A DNA stretch of 64,000 nucleotides from Bdellovibrionales bacterium (GTDB taxonomy: Bacteria; Bdellovibrionota; Bdellovibrionia; Bdellovibrionales; UBA1609), in NCBI GenBank assembly GCA_027317865.1, contig DAHVQG010000003.1, positions 148,207-212,206 of the forward strand. The letters run 5' to 3'. Numbering within the stretch: the first letter of the stretch is position 1; each line of letters starts with the position of its first letter. The position numbers were made by a program, and so were the translations under genes. The notes under the pieces were generated by a model. The model made no database searches. It was not told the origin of the DNA and saw nothing but the letters and a program-made list of their open reading frames with translations. Shown in pieces: positions 9,424-17,842 of the stretch.

Positions 9424-10113
9424 ATGAAAACAATCAATCGGTTCCATATAAACAGCCAATACGCAAAAAAGGCTTTAGGGCTTCTCGTTGCCGTGATGGC
9501 GATCATGGCTCTTGGCGCTTGTTCGAAAACAACGAGCCCTTCACTTAACAGTCGATTTGGTTACCGAACTCCTTACAATCCGAATAATTTTAACGGTGGC
9601 AACTACATGAACCAATCTTCCGGGTTAGGTTGTATTTCTGCTCCAAGCGGTCAGTCGCTCTATAACATTTTGGCTCAAGAATTTATGCCCGGCCAAAACA
9701 GTCTTGGCAATGTGAACGACAGTTGCGGAATTTGGCTTGCTGGCTCAATCGCTTCGAGCAGCGCGAGCGGTGAAATTGAAATGGTTGTACAAGATCAGGA
9801 ATGCGTCAGCTCCGGCGAAAATAGCTGTTACGTTCTGCCGTTTAACGTTGTTCAAAGTGGTACGGTTGAGAATCAATCGGTGACGACCCAAATCGGCAAT
9901 CCGCAACAACAAGGCAGCGGCGCAAATGTCGTGGTTCAAGACGGCGACGGCGTGGTGTATTTTCAGGGAACTTATCAATATGGGCAATTAAACAACGGTC
10001 AACAAGCTCCGTTCTGGGAAGGCCAAGTTTACTTTCAAAATAATCAAAGTGTAGGCGGAGCTGCAGGCAATCTTGGGACCTTTCAAATTCCGATTGAATA
10101 TATTCTTCATTGA
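9424..10113 (+). CDS. Putative lipoprotein, Gln/Asn/Gly-rich, no recognisable domain
   Basis: The 229-aa ORF has a GAGGAG SD 6-8 nt upstream and a lipobox-like signal, LLVAVMAIMALGAC. Confidence 0.6.
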   Translation: MKTINRFHINSQYAKKALGLLVAVMAIMALGACSKTTSPSLNSRFGYRTPYNPNNFNGGNYMNQSSGLGCISAPSGQSLYNILAQEFMPGQNSLGNVNDSCGIWLAGSIASSSASGEIEMVVQDQECVSSGENSCYVLPFNVVQSGTVENQSVTTQIGNPQQQGSGANVVVQDGDGVVYFQGTYQYGQLNNGQQAPFWEGQVYFQNNQSVGGAAGNLGTFQIPIEYILH

Positions 10114-10163
10114 GGACGCGAAATCCGCGTGGCGGAGTTTCACTCGACGACAAAAGGTGAGTT

Positions 10164-10610
10164 ATGAAAGCAAGTGGAATTAAAGAAAAGACAAGAATAA
10201 CGACAATAGCAATTGCACTTGTGCTCGGGTTATCAATTCAGGTTTCGCAAAAAGCATGGGCAATGGGCGATATGAGTGAGCTTGATCGCGTTGAAAGTTG
10301 CGCACAATTGCGAGATGTCGCAAATCAACTCGTCGCCGTCGTGCCGAAAAATTTGGCCAGTTATCACCGGCTCGAAAGATTGAACCCGCGTCAGTACCCT
10401 CCCGGAGTGATTCGTATGGCAAAACTTCAGGCGCTTGAGTGGATACGCAATCATCGAAATTTGGCGCAGAACCAAGAAGAAGATCTCATTCACAATTGCG
10501 ATATCGAAACAAGTGCGCGCGCAATTCGCGGGCTTGAACGAACATTTGACGAACTCAATGTACAGTTAGCGATGGCCCAAATTCATAGCGCTCCGGCTTT
10601 TTGGCATTGA
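10164..10610 (+). CDS. Small exported helical protein, unknown function
   Basis: The 148-aa ORF has an AAAGGTGAG SD and a signal-like N-terminus (ITTIAIALVLGLSIQVSQKAWA). Confidence 0.5.
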   Translation: MKASGIKEKTRITTIAIALVLGLSIQVSQKAWAMGDMSELDRVESCAQLRDVANQLVAVVPKNLASYHRLERLNPRQYPPGVIRMAKLQALEWIRNHRNLAQNQEEDLIHNCDIETSARAIRGLERTFDELNVQLAMAQIHSAPAFWH

Positions 10611-10714
10611 TAAAATAAAGGTCGTAAAATGAAATGCGCTATTTTTGTCACTTAAATGGTAGCGATTTCACTGTTCTTGCCGAGCCGTATACATCGATTT
10701 TTATAGCTGCTATA

Positions 10715-11446
10715 ATGCCCTTCACCATGTACAAATTGATGGCGCTTGCCTTTGCACTCTTTTTGTCTTCCGTGTCGTTTTCGGTTTCGCATGCCGATTC
10801 TTGGGGATGGTCGCGCAAAGAAACACAAATCAAAGATGCACTTCATTTCATAGCGCCAAAACAAGATCCCGCAATCGATTTGTTGGCCAAGAAATGGACA
10901 GAATTTAGAAAGCAACGTCTCGAAGGCCGGGAATCGAGGGCGCTACCGAAAAATCTCGATATTTACTACATTGAGGGGCCGGACTCGTCGCCAAAAGCGG
11001 AACTTGCCGAAAAATTCGCCTCGGAACTTGCTCCCGATCAAATGCCTTTTTCAATTAACGGCGCAAATTTTACTTCGGCGTGGGGTTTTTCAAACCTCCG
11101 ATCCGCACTTCAGCGGTGGGCCAATCGGGGAGTTCGCGACTCGATCAATTCCAGTCAAATCACTTCAAACTCGGGCGTTGTCATCATTTTGTCACCTGGC
11201 AAAATTAATTCGGCGGTCTATCCGCTCTTAATGGCCGCTATTCGCCGAATTCGAGACGTTGCCGTTGTCATGGTCAGTTCACAACTCCCGCCAGAAAACA
11301 TCGCATTTGACGCTCACGCTGCCAATCGCAAAGGCATAGCCGATAATTTTGCGATTGTTCAGTTGAAGCCCGAAGTCGAATGGATGTTAAAGAGGCGCAC
11401 GTCGACAGAAATCAAATTGCCAACGTGTGAGGGCACTCTCGAGTGA
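10715..11446 (+). CDS. Exported protein of unknown function, translationally coupled to the next gene
   Basis: The track frame is 10634..11446. ATG 10715 (or 10727) gives the signal peptide MPFTMYKLMALAFALFLSSVSFSVSHA. Its stop TGA (11444-11446) overlaps the GTG start (11443) of the downstream gene. A segment IEGPDSSPKAELAEKFASEL loosely resembles a decayed P-loop, which is weak evidence. Confidence 0.5.
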   Translation: MPFTMYKLMALAFALFLSSVSFSVSHADSWGWSRKETQIKDALHFIAPKQDPAIDLLAKKWTEFRKQRLEGRESRALPKNLDIYYIEGPDSSPKAELAEKFASELAPDQMPFSINGANFTSAWGFSNLRSALQRWANRGVRDSINSSQITSNSGVVIILSPGKINSAVYPLLMAAIRRIRDVAVVMVSSQLPPENIAFDAHAANRKGIADNFAIVQLKPEVEWMLKRRTSTEIKLPTCEGTLE

Positions 11447-13170
11447 AAGAATTGTCGGGTGTCGCGAAGATTTCGTGTGCCGTTTCGCGTGTGAGTTCGT
11501 GGGCCATGATTTTAGTCGCGGTCGCCATTTCGATGACGGCATCGGGCTTTTTAATGGCGCAACCTCGAATACAGCGATCACGCCGGTTGCGCCAAGTGGG
11601 TCAACAATTAAACCGCCAATTCATCCCCGGCATCGATCTCGATTCATGGACAAACGTTCTTGTTCATCCGTCAGGAACAGAATCGCCGACGAGCTTTTCG
11701 TTGCCAACCGAAGGTCAAATTTTGCTCGACAAGCGTGAACCACGGGCGATTTTTGCCGACTTGCTGGCGCGGCTTAAGAAAATCAAATTAATCGGCGCAA
11801 ATGACGAGGAATCGGCCCAAAACTATGCAAACCTTGCGCGACGTTTTGAAGAAATGCGCCAATGGTATCGTTACGATTTAAAAATCCCCATATTGCAAAA
11901 GCGACGCGTCCTTTACCTCATGCAGATTCTTGCCGAAGAAATTATGTATGTTGGTTCGAAAAAATATCCGACGCAATTTCCGCCTGTTATTCGTGTTTCG
12001 CAACTTGATCCGCAAGCGGCTGAATTAGCCGAGAAAAACCCGCGCGCGGCAACGTTTGTCGGGTATCGGGTTTTAACTGGAGACGTGATTTTGTCAAAGG
12101 CGGTTGGCGACGGTTCAAGCGAATTGATCGCTTTTTTGATGCGAAGCCGGCACATTTTTTCGCATGTAACTGTTGCCGATGTTGATCCGCAGACGCACTC
12201 CCTTATGTCGCCTGAAGCATTGATACAAGATGGGTTGAAGTTACGGTGGATTGATTCGGAATACGATCCAAAACCGCCAAAAGAACCGACAAAGTCGCGG
12301 ATATTTATTTACCGCCTGGTCGCTTCGCCACAAACTGAGAATCAAGTTTCGAATGCGGTAGCGGAGGGTGTCGATCGGTTTGTCTCATGGATGTACTCGC
12401 GCGTAAAAGATCCGTTTCAAGAAGCAGCCGCGCCGTATGATCATTCAATGAATCCGTTCAAACAAAATCAATTTATTTGCACCACCACTGTTTGGAACAT
12501 ATACAATCGGGTCAAAGCGATTCTGCAAAGCCAGGCCGGAGCCAGAAATATAAAATACGACGTGGATTTTTTCAGAGATGATATTAATGGCTACGCCGAG
12601 CCGTACTGGAGTGACGTAAACCCTCGAAACGCCTTGTTGGTAAAAGCACTGGGTGTAAAACGTATTTCGATTCCCGCGCCGGGCGATTTGGAGGTTGATC
12701 CGAATTTCGAACTCGTCGGTTCGGTTGTAAATGTAAGCACATTGCCTCAAGAGCGTATTGAGGCAGCCATTGTGGATTACATTTTGAATTTTTTCGGCAG
12801 CCGCCGTGTGCAGGAAGTTCTTGGTTTTCTCGCAAAATTGCGGCAGGTCAATTGGACGCCGCAAGAAATGGCGGCTCTTGAAAAAGCTGATGTTTTGCCC
12901 GCGGCGGCCTTAAAAAAAATGCAAGCGATTTCGCGGCAAATTCCACCGGGGATGTCGGTTAATCAAGTTACCTTTTTCTATTTTTTAGATAATGTCTTCA
13001 CGCCAAAAATTCGCGCGATGGTTACCGCTCAGGTCGGTTCGAAGATCATCGGGTTTGATTCGCTTTATTCGTTAGTAGCAGGCGATGTGAATGCGGTCTG
13101 GAAAAACACAGTGCGCAAATTTGCGGGTATTCATCAGTTGAACGATTGCGCTGCCGTTTTACAGCAATAG
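11443..13170 (+). CDS. Membrane-anchored/exported protein with a central permuted papain-like (YiiX / Peptidase_C92-type, NlpC/P60 superfamily) domain and a long C-terminal extension
   Basis: The 575-aa ORF has an N-terminal hydrophobic anchor (WAMILVAVAISMTASGFLMA). Residues ~208-356 read GDVILSK...IFSHVTVADV...PEALIQDG...RIFIYRL...APYDHSMNP...QFICTTTVWNIY. This matches the His-before-Cys order of the YiiX-like permuted papain fold as I recall it. Confidence 0.55.
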   Translation: MKELSGVAKISCAVSRVSSWAMILVAVAISMTASGFLMAQPRIQRSRRLRQVGQQLNRQFIPGIDLDSWTNVLVHPSGTESPTSFSLPTEGQILLDKREPRAIFADLLARLKKIKLIGANDEESAQNYANLARRFEEMRQWYRYDLKIPILQKRRVLYLMQILAEEIMYVGSKKYPTQFPPVIRVSQLDPQAAELAEKNPRAATFVGYRVLTGDVILSKAVGDGSSELIAFLMRSRHIFSHVTVADVDPQTHSLMSPEALIQDGLKLRWIDSEYDPKPPKEPTKSRIFIYRLVASPQTENQVSNAVAEGVDRFVSWMYSRVKDPFQEAAAPYDHSMNPFKQNQFICTTTVWNIYNRVKAILQSQAGARNIKYDVDFFRDDINGYAEPYWSDVNPRNALLVKALGVKRISIPAPGDLEVDPNFELVGSVVNVSTLPQERIEAAIVDYILNFFGSRRVQEVLGFLAKLRQVNWTPQEMAALEKADVLPAAALKKMQAISRQIPPGMSVNQVTFFYFLDNVFTPKIRAMVTAQVGSKIIGFDSLYSLVAGDVNAVWKNTVRKFAGIHQLNDCAAVLQQ

Positions 13171-13212
13171 CATTTAGCTGCAATTGCGTGTCGCGACCCC
13201 CGTCGTTGCCTC

Positions 13213-14697
13213 CTAAATAACCAATTTTAATACCGGAGCTTTTCGCAGTAGATATTCGCACGGGGACTGATAGGGTTTCTCGCGCAAGCGGTTTAGGTCG
13301 ACCCCCAGTTTTTGTAAGAACGGTACAATTTCGGAGCGTGGTTTTACGACGACCGGGAGTAAATAGGTTTTAGTACCTGCGGAGTCTTCCCAATAAGGGC
13401 GCGACTGGTGGCCGTAATTTGCTGGTGCGTGCAAGGTACCTGCTGGCGTGTAAATAATCGCCCCACCGGTTGCAGATTCAATTTGATGAACTTGCATAAT
13501 TTCGATCGGTTTTAGTTTGCCGGGTTCGCCCATAAACATTTGATAGCTTTCTGGGAAGTGCGACCGGGCGAGCGCATCAACGTAAAAATAAATATTTTCC
13601 GAACCTTCCATTTTATAAATTGAAATTATCTCGCGAGTTTCGGGCATGTTTTGTATAACCGCTTGCCCGGTTTTGAGCCGTTCAGAAAGTAGATTGCGTT
13701 GAGTCGGAGTGGCCTCATTCAAGCAGGTTGAATCGTTCGGTGCGCTAATTCGGAGCATTCCATCTGGCTCCAGCTGAACTGTTATGATTCGGCCCGGTTC
13801 GGTTGCTGTCGAGGCAAAAACTTCGAGTTTGAGAACGTTATATTGGCACTTCGAAAAAATGCTATGCTCGCTTTTCGAATAAAATTGATACATTTCGGGT
13901 TTGTCGAGATTGCCGAAATAAAATGGGTGGCGTCCGGTATAGTGGGCAGTGGTAGCTGTATCTTTTGCCGATAAAATGGCAACGTAATTACCGCGGCGAT
14001 CGATCCACATTTGATTAACATTCAGGTCGCGAATCGAGCCTTTTGTAATCGGCATTAGTTTATCAAAGTGTGAAGTAGCTGAAATCAAGGGTTCATCATT
14101 GAGGTCGTCGTGAAGCCCGCCATAAACTGGGCCCGCGGGATTGAGCGTACCCTTTTCAATGGAATTTTTAGCAATGGAGCGCAATCGGGCAAGGCCTTGC
14201 GAACTAGGGTCAATTGCAAGTGACTCGATTTGAAAATTGAAATGGTCGGTCTCGAGCTGGCGCAGTGTAAAATCAGTTGCGGCCGACTCCTTTGTCCGCT
14301 CTTGATAACTTTGCCGAACTTCAGTGCGCAGCTGTTGAACTAAATCGGGGGGTGCCGTTTGGGAGTCAAAGTTTACCCACCACTGTAGATCGTGCTTTAA
14401 CTTATTCGGTATCGCAATAAACAAACTCTGATAGGGTAGCGTCACTTTAACGCGAACGCGAACGATTTCAGTAGTTGCGGCCAATCGAATGGGACGGTCT
14501 TGAATTTCGTAGTCTTTTTGCAGCCAACGAAGGTAAACATGAGCTCGATAGCCGCCTTTGTCGAAACTTGATACCGGGCTGCGCACGATAAACTCAGGGG
14601 CGCTTTCGCTCGCGACGCTGCTGCCAAGGTCCGTAACTGTTGTGGCCCGCAGTGGAGAAATTGCGAACATGATCGTTGTGAGAATTATCCACTTCAT
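13213..14697 (-). CDS. Large exported orphan protein
   Basis: The 494-aa ORF has the signal peptide MKWIILTTIMFAISPLRATT. I recognise no motif in it. It is convergent with the 575-aa gene. Confidence 0.6.
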   Translation of the reverse strand: MKWIILTTIMFAISPLRATTVTDLGSSVASESAPEFIVRSPVSSFDKGGYRAHVYLRWLQKDYEIQDRPIRLAATTEIVRVRVKVTLPYQSLFIAIPNKLKHDLQWWVNFDSQTAPPDLVQQLRTEVRQSYQERTKESAATDFTLRQLETDHFNFQIESLAIDPSSQGLARLRSIAKNSIEKGTLNPAGPVYGGLHDDLNDEPLISATSHFDKLMPITKGSIRDLNVNQMWIDRRGNYVAILSAKDTATTAHYTGRHPFYFGNLDKPEMYQFYSKSEHSIFSKCQYNVLKLEVFASTATEPGRIITVQLEPDGMLRISAPNDSTCLNEATPTQRNLLSERLKTGQAVIQNMPETREIISIYKMEGSENIYFYVDALARSHFPESYQMFMGEPGKLKPIEIMQVHQIESATGGAIIYTPAGTLHAPANYGHQSRPYWEDSAGTKTYLLPVVVKPRSEIVPFLQKLGVDLNRLREKPYQSPCEYLLRKAPVLKLVI

Positions 14698-14821
14698 AAC
14701 TTTCGAAACTTATTAGCACTCCCGTTTAACAGCGGACAGTGTTTGCGTGTAAAAGAACCTTGATGCGAAGGTCGCTTCATCGAAGCGCCGTGACGGCATC
14801 ATATTTGCAAATAAAATACAC

Positions 14822-15313
14822 ATGACAATTTATGACGAACTTCACTCCGACCATCTTAAGTTGATCGGTTTGATCGATGAGCTATTGGACATGCCCGACA
14901 GAGGCGATGAAGATTACCGCACCAACTTGATTCGCGACATTGAAGTTGAAGTTGTCCTTCATGTACGCGCCGAAGAAAAACTTCTGTTCGATTCGATGCG
15001 ATCGCAAAAGAATCCGGCCTACATGAATCTGCTGCAGCGAGCGCTTAAACAACATCGCGAAGTGGAGCAAATGCTTTATGCGCTTCGGGAGAAGAACAAA
15101 CAGGACGAAGAAAATTCGAGTGCGGTCTGGCGGAGCGCAGCCGAAGACTTTCGAGACGCACTGGTTCACCATATTAGTCATGAGGAATTGAAATTGATAC
15201 CTGTTGCACGCAAAGCGTTTACCGCCAGAGAAAATATTCAAATGGGTACGGACTTTCTTGAGCTTAAAAATGAAATGCGCGTGCAGGGGATACCAATGCT
15301 TCGTTACGCTTGA
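14822..15313 (+). CDS. Hemerythrin-like (HHE cation-binding) domain protein
   Basis: The 163-aa ORF shows the H..HxxxE...H..HxxxE pattern (LHSDHLKL, HVRAEEKL, KQHREVEQ, VHHISHEEL). Confidence 0.7.
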   Translation: MTIYDELHSDHLKLIGLIDELLDMPDRGDEDYRTNLIRDIEVEVVLHVRAEEKLLFDSMRSQKNPAYMNLLQRALKQHREVEQMLYALREKNKQDEENSSAVWRSAAEDFRDALVHHISHEELKLIPVARKAFTARENIQMGTDFLELKNEMRVQGIPMLRYA

Positions 15314-15345
15314 CTCAAATTCGTGACGCAGCGACGATGTTGTAA

Positions 15346-16521
15346 ATGGAACTCCCACAATGGCGTCGGGTCGTTGTCAAACTCGGTACACAAGTCGTCG
15401 TCGATGATTCCGGTCGGTTTGCCGCCGATCGAATCGCGAACATTCTCGCTGATTTGCTTGAAGGGGCAAAAGAGCGAATTCTTGTGACAAGTGGTGCTGT
15501 TGGCCTCGGGCGTGCTCGGCTATTGAAAAATCGCACCCAATCGCTTGTGCAAAAACAGGCGTGCGCGGCCGTGGGGCAATCCCTTCTCATGAACGAATAC
15601 CACCGGTTATTGCAGCGTCACGAAGTTTGTGCCGCACAAATGTTGGTGACCTCCGACGATTTAACCGATCGGCAAAAGTATTTAAATTTTTCTGAGACGC
15701 TAAACGAACTTTTACGAATGAAGGCGCTACCGATTCTTAACGAAAACGATTCAATCTCAACGGCCGAACTGCAAGTTGGCAAAAGTTTTGGCGATAACGA
15801 CAAGCTTTCGGCAATCGTGGCGGCCAAAATGGGAGCCGACCTTCTCGTGATTCTTTCGAATGTGAGCGGATTTTACAAAACCAATCCTCGCACCGATCAA
15901 CGCGCTGAGCGGCTGGGTATTGTCGACGACTGGTCCATTTTGAACGAGATTGAAATTGGCGAAGTGTCGCGCGGTGGGCGCGGTGGCATTGACACGAAAA
16001 TTCAAGCGGCGAAGATTGCGGCGATGAACGGTGTTTACACGGTTGTGGCCGACGGCTTTCAAGCCGGGATATTAAAACAAATTTTATCTATGAGGGAGTG
16101 GCGAAGCGACGCGCCCTTTAGCCTCGTTTTGCCAAGATTCAAATTACCGGCTCGCAAGGCATGGATAGGATTTTCTGCTAATACGGCGGGCTCAATTGTA
16201 ATTAACGACGGAGCAGTCGCGGCGATTTTAAACAGAGGCGCAAGTCTCTTGCCTGTTGGTATAATCAGGTTGGATGGACGATTCACGGCAAACTCGATTG
16301 TAAGTGTGACAACCGAAAACGGTGAAGAGATGGGCCGTGGACTTGTCGCGGTATCAAGCGACGAGCTTGGGCGGATGATCAAATCCGCACAGGCGAAAAC
16401 TGGCGATCCTGTTTCACACAAAGTGAACTCGAAACTAGTGGCCATACACAAAGATAACCTCGTGATCTATCGTGAAATTCGTCGCCAAAATAGTGAAAAC
16501 GAAAAGAACAAACATGAATAA
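15346..16521 (+). CDS. proB: Glutamate 5-kinase with C-terminal PUA domain
   Basis: The 391-aa ORF has an amino-acid-kinase N-terminus (RVVVKLGTQVV...ILVTSGAVGLG...FGDNDKLSA) and a PUA-like C-terminus. It is followed by proA with an 8-nt overlap. Confidence 0.93.
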   Translation: MELPQWRRVVVKLGTQVVVDDSGRFAADRIANILADLLEGAKERILVTSGAVGLGRARLLKNRTQSLVQKQACAAVGQSLLMNEYHRLLQRHEVCAAQMLVTSDDLTDRQKYLNFSETLNELLRMKALPILNENDSISTAELQVGKSFGDNDKLSAIVAAKMGADLLVILSNVSGFYKTNPRTDQRAERLGIVDDWSILNEIEIGEVSRGGRGGIDTKIQAAKIAAMNGVYTVVADGFQAGILKQILSMREWRSDAPFSLVLPRFKLPARKAWIGFSANTAGSIVINDGAVAAILNRGASLLPVGIIRLDGRFTANSIVSVTTENGEEMGRGLVAVSSDELGRMIKSAQAKTGDPVSHKVNSKLVAIHKDNLVIYREIRRQNSENEKNKHE

Positions 16522-17842
16522 AGACTCACGGGTGAGAAAAATTGAAAAAGCGGCGGCGGCGGCCTTAGTTATGCCGGCACTTTCTGCGGATCAAAAAGCG
16601 ACGGCGCTCAGTAGTTTTGCTGATCGAATTTGGCGCAAAAAAGATAATTTGCTCCAAGCAAATGCGCGGGATCTCAACCGCGAAAAGAAGTCGTTGCCTG
16701 CGGCGCTTTTGGCGCGCTTGAAACTTGACGAAGGTAAAATTGCCACGTTATGCGAGGGGATTCGTGCTCTTGCCAATGCGGAAGACCCCGTCCATCGCGT
16801 GATTGATCGCATTGAACTTGACCAGGGTTTGGTTCTTGAGAAAAGGACCGTTCCGATTGGGGTGATCGCAGTTATTTTTGAATCGCGTCCCGATGTCATC
16901 CCCCAAATATTGTCGTTGATTCTGAAAAGCGGAAACGTGGCTCTGTTAAAGGGCGGGCGTGAAGCCCGATTGACCAATTTGGCGTTTATGAAAATCGTCT
17001 CTGAGCTGAATCGTGAATTGCGTTTTTTACCCGGCGCTTGGGCACAATTGTTTATTGAACGAAGTGATGTGGACCTAATATTGAAACAAAATAAGTTGGT
17101 AAATTTAGTCATACCACGCGGTTCAAATGCGTTGGTACAAGCGATCATGAATAAGACAAAAATTCCAGTTCTCGGACACGCCGACGGAGTTTGCCATTTG
17201 TATTGGGATGAATCCGCCGATTTTGCGACGGTTCGTCGCGTAGTAATCGACGCAAAGACACAGTATCCGGCGGTGTGTAATGCCGTCGAAACGCTTCTCG
17301 TACATCGGTCGCGTGTCGCCGAGCTGGGCGAATTGCTTCACGAATTGGACAATCGTGGAGTTAAAATTTTTGGAGATTCTTCAGTTCAGCGTTTATATCA
17401 CGCGACTTTAAAAAAGAAAGCGGGCCGAGCCGGCAATTGGCACACCGAATACGGCGATCTTGCGCTATCGGTGCGTATTGTCGCCTCGGTAAGCGAAGCG
17501 ATCGCCCACATCAATCGATTTGGCTCACATCATACCGACGGAATTTTAACTCGCGATTTGAAATCGAAGCAGTCATTTTTGGCGGGTGTTGATTCTGCAA
17601 CGATAACCGTAAACGCTTCGACTCGATTTGCTGACGGGTATCGGTTCGGAATGGGTGCAGAAGTCGGTATTTCAACGAGTAAAATTCACGCTCGCGGCCC
17701 CGTTGGCGTGGAGGGCCTCATGACAAATCAGTTTGTGTTGGTAGGGGATGGGCATATTGTAGGCGACTATGTTGCGACAAACGACGGGGAGATGCCCGCG
17801 CGTAAACCGGTTCGAAAGTTCACCCACCGGCGGCTTATTTAA
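16514..17842 (+). CDS. proA: Glutamate-5-semialdehyde dehydrogenase (gamma-glutamyl phosphate reductase)
   Basis: The start is taken at ATG 16514 (MNKDSRVRKIEKAA...), overlapping the proB stop. The catalytic Cys context is YPAVCNAVETLLVH, and the segment IAVIFESRPDV is also present. Confidence 0.92.
   Translation: MNKDSRVRKIEKAAAAALVMPALSADQKATALSSFADRIWRKKDNLLQANARDLNREKKSLPAALLARLKLDEGKIATLCEGIRALANAEDPVHRVIDRIELDQGLVLEKRTVPIGVIAVIFESRPDVIPQILSLILKSGNVALLKGGREARLTNLAFMKIVSELNRELRFLPGAWAQLFIERSDVDLILKQNKLVNLVIPRGSNALVQAIMNKTKIPVLGHADGVCHLYWDESADFATVRRVVIDAKTQYPAVCNAVETLLVHRSRVAELGELLHELDNRGVKIFGDSSVQRLYHATLKKKAGRAGNWHTEYGDLALSVRIVASVSEAIAHINRFGSHHTDGILTRDLKSKQSFLAGVDSATITVNASTRFADGYRFGMGAEVGISTSKIHARGPVGVEGLMTNQFVLVGDGHIVGDYVATNDGEMPARKPVRKFTHRRLI

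Noticed and set aside
14713-14739. A perfect CIRCE half-site, TTAGCACTC, lies upstream of the hemerythrin gene.
   Set aside because: The partner arm nine nucleotides downstream (AGCGGACAG) matches GAGTGCTAA at only 2 of 9 positions. The downstream gene is also not a chaperone.
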